Positions 53,302 through 64,000 of a stretch of 64,000 nucleotides of DNA are shown in pieces. Below the pieces are notes generated by a model. It saw only the letters and a list, made by a program, of their open reading frames with translations. It ran no database searches and was not told where the DNA came from. The position numbers were made by a program, and so were the translations under genes. Location: NCBI GenBank assembly GCA_017499595.2, contig CM039001.1, forward strand, positions 2,108,001 through 2,172,000, in the 5' to 3' direction. Source of the stretch: Psilocybe cubensis (lineage: Eukaryota). How positions within the stretch are numbered: the first letter of the stretch is position 1; every line of letters starts with the position of its first letter.

Positions 53302-55636
53302 TCAACCGTATCTTCTCGCCGATCCGTCATTACTGCCAAACCAGTCGTCATTTTTTCTGGTTTCCTCCACGGAAGCAATGTTCACGATCGTCGATTTGCT
53401 TTGGGTATCTAGGGTTACAAGCCACTGAGATACCACCTCAATAGAGGTCGAAACATTTACTCACATGCTTCAAAAGCCTCTAGACCATTTTCCCTTCCAA
53501 TTCCGCTTTCCTTCATTCCGCCCCTTTCATTGTTCGATTGCTCATTAGCTTATCAATATTTATCTACATTTTAGTGAAAAGCGTACCAAGGGGAACTAGG
53601 ATCGTTTCGATGGTGTGTATTGACCCAGCACAGTCCAGATTCGATCGCAGCGGCCACGCGGTGCGCTCTTGAAATATCCAGAGTCCATATCCCTGCACCG
53701 AGCCCATACTTGCTAGCATTCGCCAATGCAATGCCATCGGCCTCGTTCTATCGATTTTTTTCATGTCACTACCGCAATATGCTACCATATGACAGCTTCT
53801 ACTGACCTCGAATGTTTTGACAACGACCACAGGGCCGAAAACTTCCTCCTGCCATAACTCATCTTCAATGCTCACTCCGGTGATAACTGTCGGAGGATAG
53901 AAACTGCCCTTTGAGAAATCGAATCCGTCCAATGTTGATGCGTGGTTCCCTAACGGTTCTCCGCCTGTGAGGATCTTAGCATTTGCGGGTGCACGTTTGA
54001 CCATGGCGTCAATTCGTTCCAGATGCTTGGTAGATATGACAGTACCCATGGTAGATGCAGGATTAGAAGCTAATATGTCATCGTTGAAACTTGGTTATCT
54101 ATTAAATTATAACCGATGAAAACACGTACGATTACCCATGCCATTTCTGATGAAGTTGACTTTGGTAAGGAACTTATCCATGAATTCTTCGTAGATTGTG
54201 CTGTGGAGCAAAATTCTGGTACCAGACACACATGTCTGGCCAGACGCAACAAAAGATGCAAATGCCACTCCATTGACTGCACTAACCAAGTCCGCGTCTT
54301 CAAAGACAATTATTGGGGCCTAAATGCCCATTATTTAAATGGTTGCTGTGTGTTAGTTCGGGATGAATCAAGTAGCACAATTTACCTTTCCTCCTAGTTC
54401 TGCAGTATACCTAGAAAGATTTGCGCCTACTATGCTTCCCAATTGTCGACCCGTTGATGTGCCAGCCTAGAAGTTGGTAATGAGATTTGTTTGAATTGAT
54501 GAGACGAAAGAAGCGCACAGTTATGTCCACTTTGCGTATCAGCGGATTGCGAACTATATCTTGTCCAGTTTGATGTCCACCAGGTAGTACAGAGAGTACA
54601 CCAGGGGGTACTAGTAAAATATAGGTATTTCACGTCGAAAGAACAGGATCACAATCTTACCTCCAGCCTCTTGTGCCATTTCCACAAATTTGTAAACTGT
54701 AAGAGGGGCAAGCTAGGAATAGCAGTGAAGACTTGATAACAGGTAAAGGCAGGTAAATTAACTACCTCTGAAGGTTTTACGATAACACTATTGCCAGCTG
54801 CCAGAGCGGGGGCGATCTTTTTGATGGCAATCAATAATGGATGGTTAAATGGCTGCGGATGGAGGTGTATTCAATAGACGATAAACACAAAATTTAAAAG
54901 CGCCCACTGTAATCTGTGCAACGACGCCAAGCGGGACCCTTTCTACATAGTTGAGGAGCTTCCCTTGCGTAGGGGCCACGAAAGCTTGATGTGTCCGTAG
55001 CACAGCAGCAAAATAATCACTAATTTCCGATTGAGATTGGAAAATATCTAAGTAAAAACATTGAACTCACAGCCATTCAGGCAGTCGTCCAAGTTGTGCA
55101 TTCATTTCACGAATTGTCCTGCCCGTTTGAGCTGTTTCCAAAAGAGCAAGTTCCGGGATCTTGGCCTCTAGAAGTCTCGCAAGTTTGGATAAAACCTTTG
55201 AACGTGACAAAGGTGATGCCTTGGACCAGACACCAGAGGTATAGGCTTTCTGGGCTGTATTTATGGTGTCTTCCACTAGTTTTGAAGACGAGGATACAAC
55301 ACTGATTTATTTGATATTATCAGAGGACATTCTGAGGCCGTCAAGAGGGTCGGCGCGTACTTTGCCAATCCTTCACCTGTAGCTGGGTTGATTACTGGTA
55401 TCCTTCAAGAGTGGCACAATGTTATTGATAATTTGGTCGTAAAAGTACTTGGCTCACTCGTCTGCTGCATGATTGAGGTCGTATGGTTTGATCATAGTAT
55501 TATTGTGAATAAAGCTCTTTGGGTTTAAAATACACATTAACTGGTTGTTGGATCGACGAAAGGAATTGTAAAATGAACACACTCTGGAGACTTTTGCAAA
55601 CAATGACCTAACGGTCGCCGGTGGTTGAGAAAGCAT
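53302..55636 (-). CDS. Aldehyde dehydrogenase (NAD+), many exons
   Basis: [39 protein letters not shown], catalytic FVASGQTCVSGTR, EEVFGPV, GGMKESGIGRENG; start codon approximate. Confidence 0.92.
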
Positions 55637-56055
55637 TATCACTTCAGAGCTCACCTGAAGCTGCTGGGCCCAAGAACCTGAGCGGGTATTGCGGGCCGGG
55701 CGCAAAGACCTACTACGCTACTATGCGACCTTCTTCAACAACAATTTGGTATCCTCCTAGGACGAATATTGCATTCTTCCTCAGTCAGACTTGACTGATA
55801 TATGGTTTGCCTGCAACGCAGTGTCTCGTTTGTAATAGTAGTATCCACCCAGCGTAGATTGGGAATGGCCAAATAAACCCAAAGAACGCGTCAGTCACGT
55901 GCTATTTTGGCTGTTGGTGGCCCATCGGTTCCGATGGCCCAAGGAAATATTATTAAGTTGGGTGCCAACGACCTCCGTCCACAGCCCTTCCTTCACTTCT
56001 CTATACCACCATCACCACACTCTGCGATACAAATTCAGACAAAGATATCCGGTTA

Positions 56056-57840
56056 ATGGCTCCCCGACGTTCCTCCAGGGCGCCTTCAGCGAAGCCTGCT
56101 TCAAAAGTTGCTTTGGAACCAACTGCGCCAAAATCCCAGGTCAATGGTGTTTCCAAGAAACGCGCAGCTTCCCCAGAGCGAATCGAAACTGCACCATTAA
56201 AGCGCTCTAAATCGGAAACCGAGAAATCGGAGAATGATCCTCCGGTAAAACCTGCTTCCACACGCAAACCGCGCTCAAAAACTTCTGTCGCAAAAGTCCC
56301 AGCAGAACCTGCCACCAAAAAGGCAGCAAAAACCAAACTTTCACCCGTCCGCGAAACACAGCCAACGCCGCATGTTCAAGTAAAGCCATATTTCAATCAG
56401 CTGCCTTCACCTCCTCAAAAGCAGCGACCTGGTTTAGTTCCCTTTGCCTGGGGTGCAGGCAATTTTGGGCAGTTTGGAATGGGTGCTGATGCACTCGGTG
56501 AGTTTGCCAAACCCAAGAAAAATGTTTGGGCAACGGAACAGATGGAAGATGGTGCGTTTGGCGATGACAACGCTGGGATCGAATCTGTCGTGGCCGGTGG
56601 TTTGCATACTATCTTCATCGACGAGAGGGGCACAGTGAGTATATTTTTTCTAAATTGCAATTCCATTCCTTACATTGTTACCCATAACTAGATTTGGACA
56701 TGCGGCGTGAACGATGACGCCGCGCTTGGCCGAATCACCCAAGATGTCCCAGACCCAAAAAATCCCGGTTCTTTCTTAAGTGTTGACGATCTCACCGCCG
56801 TCCCTCATCCTTTGCAATCGCTGGTCGATGAGGGCTTCCGTGCCGTTACGGCTGCTTCTGGTGATAGTATTTGTGCCGCCGTCAGCGACAAAGGCGAATT
56901 AAGAGTGTGGGGCTCATTCCGAGTGAGCATTTTTAAGAGTTTCCATTATCCTACATACTGATTTTAACTATTATAGGTCAACGAAGGCTCTCTCGGTTTC
57001 TCCAACGGACTTAAGCATCAATTCAAACCTGTGCCCATTCTGGAACTCAGCCATAAACCAGGTGATGCTGAGAAGGTCTCCTCAATTGCCGCAGGGAATA
57101 ACCACCTGCTTGTGCTAACGACGCACGGACATATCTATTCTTGGGGCGCTGGAGAGCAGTCTCAACTAGGAAGAAAGGTTTTGGAACGCCGTAAAATTCA
57201 TGGTACAGTGCCGGAGAAGGTCACTCTTGGTACACGACTTCGGAAGGCCACTGTAGTCGGCGCAGGTGCCTTCCATTCGTTTGCTGTTGACGACAAAGGC
57301 GATGTCTGGGCCTGGGGACTGAACAGCATGGGCCAGACTGGAACGGGCTATGCTTCTTCAGAGGATTCTGTCGTACAGCTGCCCAAGAAAATTCAGAAAC
57401 TGAGCAAAGAGACGCTTGGTGATGATGTTGTGATTCAAATCGCCGGAGGTACACACCATACTCTATTCCTACTGCAATCAGGAAAGGTCTATGCATGTGG
57501 TCGTTCAAGCTCTGGTCAACTTGGACTTCCCGCTGATGACCCAGCGTTCAAAGATCAGGTTGACCCTGACTTCGTTTCGGAACCTGTGTTGGTTCCTTTC
57601 CCAGACTCTGACGATCCAGTTGTTCAGATATCATGCGGATCTCATAACAACTCGGCTGTGACAAGAGGAGGAGCACTTTACTCCTGGGGACAAGGGGTTC
57701 AAGGCGAATTAGGTCTAGGGGATGAGGAAGAAGTAAAAACACCCCAGATTGTTGTGCGCAAAGACGGTGGCGCATGGTTTGCTGCAGCCGTGTCATGCGG
57801 TGGCCAACACTCAATAGGACTGTTCCGTAGCAAGAAATAA
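56056..57840 (+). CDS. RCC1 family Ran-GEF (Pim1/Prp20-like), 3 exons
   Basis: Basic N-terminal tail; RCC1 repeats VVAGGLHTIF, TCGVNDDAALGR, IAAGNNHLLVLT..G.IYSWGAGEQSQLGR, WAWGLNSMGQTG, SCGGQHS. Confidence 0.93.
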
Positions 57841-58767
57841 ACTTGTTGGCCATTTTGTTTCGTTCTTGTTTACTTGTTTTCTTTTATCACATTTATGGAT
57901 AGATTTATTTCCTATTGTCGATTTATTCTTTTCTTGTCGTCCATCCATGTTGTTTAATTTAATTACCCACACACGTTAACTTTTTATCGTCAGCCCTCTT
58001 AAATTCAGAATCATACAAACTCCAAGACTGCTTTAAACCACCACATTCTGCAGTAATGGTCTGCCAATTGATACTGTTTTGTTTCTGGAAGCCTGGCTAT
58101 TCATTTCTCAATGTTAAAAGCTCACAATCATTTCCTTTAAAGCCAAAGCCAAAGCAAAAGTCGGAGCAAAAGGCATGTTCCTTGAAGATTCAAAGAAATA
58201 AAATTCTGAACTCCTCGACCTGTATATACACAACGGTACGCAGACAATACTCCCTTGGTAACAGTCACTTCGATTACCTTCCAACACTTGTCGTCGGAAA
58301 AAAGATACACAGGCACAATCTCCAGCTTTCTTCTTAACAAAAGTCCTTGAGGCGATGGTGAAGTCGAACGTCGGATGAGTTTTCGTCGAATTCGAGCTGG
58401 TTTATGCATGTGAGATTTCTAACGGCTTTGCTCTTGGTCATTCCGCGAGGACAACAGCTTAACATTTTAACGTCCATCCGACTAGCTTCTGGAAAACAGA
58501 CCAAGTCTTGTCATCTGATCTCCTGGGGTTATAATAAGGCCCGCTGGAGTGGAATTCTACGCAGTGGATTGCAGAAGATAAAACGAATATTTCAATTCAA
58601 CGCAGATGGGGGGTCCGATACTGATGGGTTTTTGAAATACGATGATAAATGTCCCTAATCGAAGGAGATTCCAGATAAATACACAATGGACAGCTTACAA
58701 GTGTCCTGGTATAATAATACTGCAAATTAAATTTGCAACTGATAGATAATGTTGCAGAAAGGTATGT

Positions 58768-60173
58768 TCATGAGTATGTTACCGCAAGACGCCCGACAAT
58801 GTAGTCTCCTGCATTGACAGGTGGGTATTTGGGCACATCTCCGCAGTTCGGCAGGCAAGCAACTTCAGCAGAGAAGTTTGGATTGCAGAAAAAGGCAATG
58901 GACTGGCGTTTGGGCGTCTCGCTTTCAATTTCGTTGATCTTCTGTGCAGCAGGTGCCACAACGCGATGCAACGTAGATCTGAGGACGTCATTACTCCAGC
59001 GCGCCAAAAGATCCCCAACATTTACCACGATTGTTCCAGGCTACGAGCAGCATTGAGAAGTGAATGACATCGAAAAAATAAGACCGAACTTACGACAGGT
59101 ACGGCAGGATGAAATTGACCTGTCAGTGGGTTCTGCACCTCGAGTCCCCCGACTGAGTCTTGGAACAGTAAAGTCAATGTACCGTAGTCTGAGAAGACTA
59201 GTTTAGGCTGGGGGGAAATGGAGCAATAGGAAGTACCGACCACTGTGAGCACCAGCCCTTGCTTGTCCTTCCTCTTTCAAAAGGTTTGTCTTGATAGGGG
59301 GATACGACAACAACCTCAAATTATGGCATTTTTCGTCGATCTTATCATCGAAGAAATGCTCCTTCAGTCCCAGCCCAAGCGCAATCGAACGCATAATATG
59401 GACGTGTAACTCATGGCACGTCTTGCAACAGTAGTCGGGTTAATATCCGGAAGGCTCAAACATGCAATACGGACATACCTCATAGAAGTCTAGCATATGT
59501 TGCTTGAATCCAGGAGCCAAGTGTTCTGCCGGCCATTGATTCTTCCATTCTGAGTCCCAGTCTCTCCCAATCTCCATACTTTCTTTAAAATCCGGAGCTT
59601 TCTCCCGAAGAGCAGCTATTTCTTCACGGTTTGCAGACTGGGTGACACGTTCACGTCCGATCGCTACGTATCCACGATTGGAGCGAGGATCCTCCCATGA
59701 AAGATTTTTCTAAACATATCATTGAAAGAAGTTTATGTGTCCGAGCATTAATCAACGCACCTTGACATCGGATGGTAATTCAAAAAACTGAGCGCTCTTT
59801 GGTTGTTGGGAGAATATGAAATATGAGACAATGAACCAATGAAGACAAGATTGTTGTCACCTACTCTCCGGAATGTACTTTCAACCTCAGCTATGTTAAT
59901 GAGCGCTTTTGAATGACATGGACGGTCTGAAAAATGTCGCGGCTTACATGGAGTTATACCATGGTTTGTAAGATACACAAACCCGCTTTCCTTGAAGGCA
60001 GATACAATCTCTTCCGCCGTTCCCTTCTTTTCCTGAGGCGAGGACGAATTTCGGATTTTCGCAAAGTCGATTATAGGTATCCGGAACTCAGGATTTAATC
60101 GTGGAGCACTGTAAGAAAACTGGCGCTTCGAGAGGGCAGTGCGCACAAGGACATTTAATCTGCAGGCAAGCAT
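58768..60173 (-). CDS. Fe(II)/2-oxoglutarate dioxygenase, thymine-7-hydroxylase-like
   Basis: IPIIDF, GFVYLTNHGI, SNRGYVAIGRERVTQ, APDFKESMEIGR, NLRLLSYP, RAGAHSDYGTLTLLFQD (HxD), VNVGDLLARWSND, STLHRVV, RQSIAFFCNPN, RLAVTYS*. Confidence 0.85.
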
Positions 60174-60560
60174 GATGGCAAAAAGACAAGGAAGCTCGAA
60201 CTAACATGGTTATGCCGAAGGTACGCGGGCGATAAGACTAGAACCATGTGTAGTTCCTGATTAGGGTCTTCACTCTCTCAAGTTACACGTTCCCTGACAT
60301 TTGAGCATGCTTTAGCCTGTCATCAGATCAAGGCCTTCGCCTCCACCTTTTTCACCATTTCTGACCCAGCGAACGTGAACAGCACAATGAAATTTACAGT
60401 GCGGTTTGCGCGCGACTTAAAAACGCCTGCACCGAATATTTAAACCCCTGAAAATCCGACCTCTAGCCCAATTTTATATTATGCATCCTAAACAATCATT
60501 GGCCAACTTGCAGAGGCACCCCCCGTTCTCACAATTTGTCCTTCACATAAACCTGACGCA

Positions 60561-61804
60561 ATGTCCGATAGCTCTCCGCCCACTTATAACTTTCACGGTC
60601 CAAATACCAGTCACTCCAAAGACAACGGGTTGGTGATATTCCTCCGACCGCAGCTTAGAGCTCCTGTCTCATGTCGCACATTCCACGAACGAAAAGGTCA
60701 GGCAGTCGAACCTATCACGTTCCGAACTATGCCACAAGGTTTGTGGGTCCACTGTACCTGGAAGTTTGAGTCACAATGTTCTGGTAATAGCTACGCCAAC
60801 GACAAGTCGAAGTTGATCTCCGTGAAGTTTGTAGAAGACAAAGAATTATCTCGAGCAGTTATCGTTGTGGTCTCCGTTTTTCTTCTCTTTGCCGCAGTTA
60901 CTCTGTGCATGACAACATCACGGTCTCCACAGGCGGCGATGTCCCATTCTAATCCATCAAGAAGTTCGGATTGGAAAATGATCCCTGAATTGAAATTGCC
61001 AACAGATGACGAAGATCGAGGTGGAAATAACAAACAGCAGACGGTTCATAAGGAGGAAAAATACAGCGACGAGAATATTTCTAGGAACAACGCACCTCGC
61101 AAACACGAGAGATCCGCGGACATACATTGGGGTGATCCTCAACCGGATGAAAGGTGCATGGGGTTCGGAGCAAGGGAATACACGGCCAACTTGGAAAATT
61201 TGCCTTTTTTTGCCAACTGGGAGGCAACCTGCATGGAGACGCCAATAAAAATACATGGTGTTTTAATTCCGCAGGCAGCTCGCTGCGAACGAAAGGTAAA
61301 GCATCTTTTTGGTTGCAAATACCAAACACAACACCATAATCAATCCGCAGTGGCCGTTGGGAAAGGTAACGGGACATTGGGTTGTCAATTTTCAAGAAGA
61401 TCGATGTTTAGCTCGGTGGGGGAAGATTATAAACAAGGTCTGTAAGGTTTGAAGCTCTGGACATTTCCTGATTGTCTTCTTTCGGATTGTCCAGGGATGC
61501 ACCAAGAAAGGATCTGGACTCCGAGTAAGTTGCTACTTATCCACGCCGCTTTAAGTGGCTAAAGTTTCTATTATTGAACAGCGATTTTCTTCACGACTTC
61601 ACGATGTTGCAAAAGGCGAAGATTGGAAAGCGATTTGTAGCACGGCTCCTGTCGTAATAGATGGATCAGAAATATTAAAACCCACGTTCTGTGAGCATCT
61701 TGTAAGCGGCCCTTAATTCATCGAACGCGTGATAAAACTCAACTCACCTCCAGGGATTTTGGGGTGTTTATGGAATCTGGGACCTAGAAGATCAAGCGTG
61801 CTGA
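60561..61804 (+). CDS. Hypothetical membrane-anchored protein with two tandem Cys/Trp modules; start uncertain
   Basis: TM AVIVVVSVFLLFAAVTLC; spliced C-terminus CMGFGAREYTANL...W...C..TP..IHG...CE|WPLGKVTGHW...C and GCTKKGSGLR|RFSSRL...W...C.TAP..IDG...P..CE|GFWGVYGIWDLEDQAC*. Confidence 0.75.
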
Positions 61805-61969
61805 GAGTCAATACGAATGACTTCGATGTTATAACGAATAGCGCTACCGTTCACAATGTCCGCATTTATTTAATGATAATACAGTGCCATGATACAAATT
61901 ATACAGCTACAGGAGAGTTATTTAGGTACACACATGAATACAGAAGTCAAGATTAACTGCTCCTGGGAC

Positions 61970-64000
61970 TTAAGGCAGAGAAGGAGAGCGAAGTCGTCTG
62001 AATACAGACATCAGGGTTTTCCCGCCATCTGGACCCCATCTGCTCGGATACTTATTGAGAGAGTGTGATAGTAGATATGTTTGTTATTCTGTACTCACTC
62101 TCCAGCTGCAACCTCTTTGCAGCATTGTTCAAATTCCAGCGAAGCTGATACCTCGTCCCACCTTTCTACAACGAAATCCTGAAAATCAACTTGAATAAAA
62201 CATTGTTCCATTGAAGTACCAGAGACGTACCTCTATTATGCTATGTAACTCATCCCAAAGGGATGTTGCAAGAAGGAGTGCGAAGCTAGATTCAGGAGAT
62301 ATAGTGGACATAATGTGCTCCAGTGCAAGAGTCGCCAGATTGGGCATTGAATACCGATGCGCAATTTGATAGATAGACAATGCTGATGCAGGTCTAGGTG
62401 CAGGAGTTGGATGCGGATGTGGGTCAGGACTGGTTGATATGACACCAGGCTTCCTGCTAGATCGAGGAGATGTTGAATACTGATTTGTTGATGAAAAATT
62501 ACTTGAAGGAGAAATCGTCAATGGCTTTGACCCCGAAAGAGTAGATGAGCGTCCACTAGCATTTATACTGAGATGATTTGTCCCAGAAGTGGCCACAGGT
62601 TTCCTAGGTGTAGAAGTATTGAGAGGGCGTGAAGTATTGCTGGAGACCGGATTTGATTTAGTAGGATTTGTTCTGCTGGAATTCGCGGAAACCTGAGAAG
62701 ATATCACGTTGGTGATAGAAACAGAGTTGGGATGGTATGTGTCCGACTTTCGACTTGTCGATCTGCTGATGGAAGAGCTGACTGGTAAACTGTCACCACT
62801 AGTTGAGCTTTTATTGTCGCTTGCACTATCAATGCTGGGTCGTGCTCTACGATGGAACCTTTTCCAATCCCATTCATCCTGAGTGCCACTTAACCACCTC
62901 GCACTCCAGCCTGCCCCAACTCCTTCCACTGCAATTCTGGGGTCATCATTTTCTTTGAAGAGAAGCCAATTTGCATAGCAGTACTTAAGAAGCCAGTACA
63001 TTGTCTCGAACTCCGCTTCTTCAACGACAATTGTGTAAACTTTCCTTTCGCCAGTTGTTCCTATTGAGTTTTCGGAGAATGATGACGACAGCATTGTAGC
63101 GAAGTATTCTGCACGACGTATCAAAATGTCTGAATGAGCATAGATAATGCGTTTTCTTGCAGCTGAATGGAATCCGAAAGGGGAACTAGAGCTCGATGTT
63201 GTTGATGTTCCAGATTGAGGAGAATTGAGACTAGGTGAATCCCCACTTCCCGTGTACTTCTCTAAACATATGAACCGAACATCTCCTGTATCTTTAGACT
63301 TGATCAATAAAATATATGATAATATATCAATAATGGCATTACTTGGGTTATCTAAAGACGCCTCCAGACCGTCTAACAGGTCGCGGGGTATGTAATAAAT
63401 GGATGGTTGCTGAGGAATTGAGGGGCCAGAAGGAGAGTGTATTTGGACGACAATGACAAAGGAATCTGTTTCCCGGATCCGAGGATTCTGAAGTAATGAA
63501 CTTAACGACGGCAATGGACATTCTGTAGCAAAGAAATAAGACTTAGATTTACAGTGTGACTGTTTGCACAGTTGACTCACCCCACACTTCGCTTTCTCTA
63601 CGAAAAACCCAATCGTTTTGCCAAAACTCCCAAACCCATTCGGGGCGCGCACCTCGTTCTCCGACCCGATCCTCTTGACATTTGATAGCGGCCATCATGG
63701 AAGCATAGGTTTCATAGTCGCCTTGTGTCAAATCAAGCATTAGGGAAGTGATGTACATGCACAAAGTTGGAATGGAAGACGCAGAGCCTTCAGGTGAAGC
63801 TTCAGTAGGTACTAGAATGTATATAACGTCAGGAAATGAGTCCATTGAGCACCCAAGCTGAATTGAGACTACCTATTTCAAGCTTGAATTTATGGTCGCC
63901 AAGAACTGGCGATTGCTTTAAGATCTCAAAGTCCCCAAGGTCTGCTGAAAGAAGGTGGGGTCCTCCTTCAAGAGGAGCTGATGTTATTCCTTCGACAAAG
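61970..64000 (-). CDS. MATH/BTB-like domain protein, 5' part outside the window
   Basis: WVWEFWQNDWVFR, GDVRFICLE, RKRIIYAHSDILIRRAEYFATML, ETMYWLLKYCYAN, SALSIYQIAHRYSMPNLATLALEHI; last exon WGPDGGKTLMSVFRRLRSPSLP*. Confidence 0.8.

Noticed and set aside
57841-58767. Short ORFs (58056, 58137, 58404) between RCC1 and the dioxygenase
   Set aside because: No recognisable motifs and no consistent exon chain could be built

Overview
Eukaryotic, gene-dense, intron-rich fungal DNA. Short GT-AG introns of about 50-60 nt and the protein families point to an agaricomycete basidiomycete (inference). I can support about 30 protein-coding genes, nearly all multi-exon, so the ORF track only shows fragments. 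In order: chromate transporter, QPRTase (BNA6), isoorotate/uracil-5-carboxylate decarboxylase, an orphan coiled-coil protein, a Ser/Thr-rich membrane protein, AUH-type enoyl-CoA hydratase, Sec10, Rix1, Rrn11-like, Laa2-like, RNA Pol I largest subunit, a KEN-box/CDK-site protein, Lcl2, a GPI-type PEBP, SF3B p14, a Cys-rich microprotein, eIF4A-III, Prp9, synaptojanin-like phosphatase, Svp26, Did2, a large disordered protein, a questin-oxidase-like protein, Cys2-type acyltransferase, Vps60, ALDH, RCC1, a thymine-7-hydroxylase-like dioxygenase, a Cys-repeat protein and a partial BTB-like protein. No rRNA, tRNA, CRISPR array or intact transposon was seen. Highlights: (1) a hidden six-exon gene for a 76-aa Cys/His microprotein that the ORF track does not recover; (2) both enzymes of the fungal thymine-to-uracil salvage route, with an apparent mitochondrial presequence on the dioxygenase; (3) the Pol I catalytic NADFDGD motif assembled from 14/18/21-nt micro-exons; (4) a probable multiply spliced transcript without a clear ORF at about 32.2-33.1 kb. 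All family calls are by eye from motif recognition; no database searches were run.
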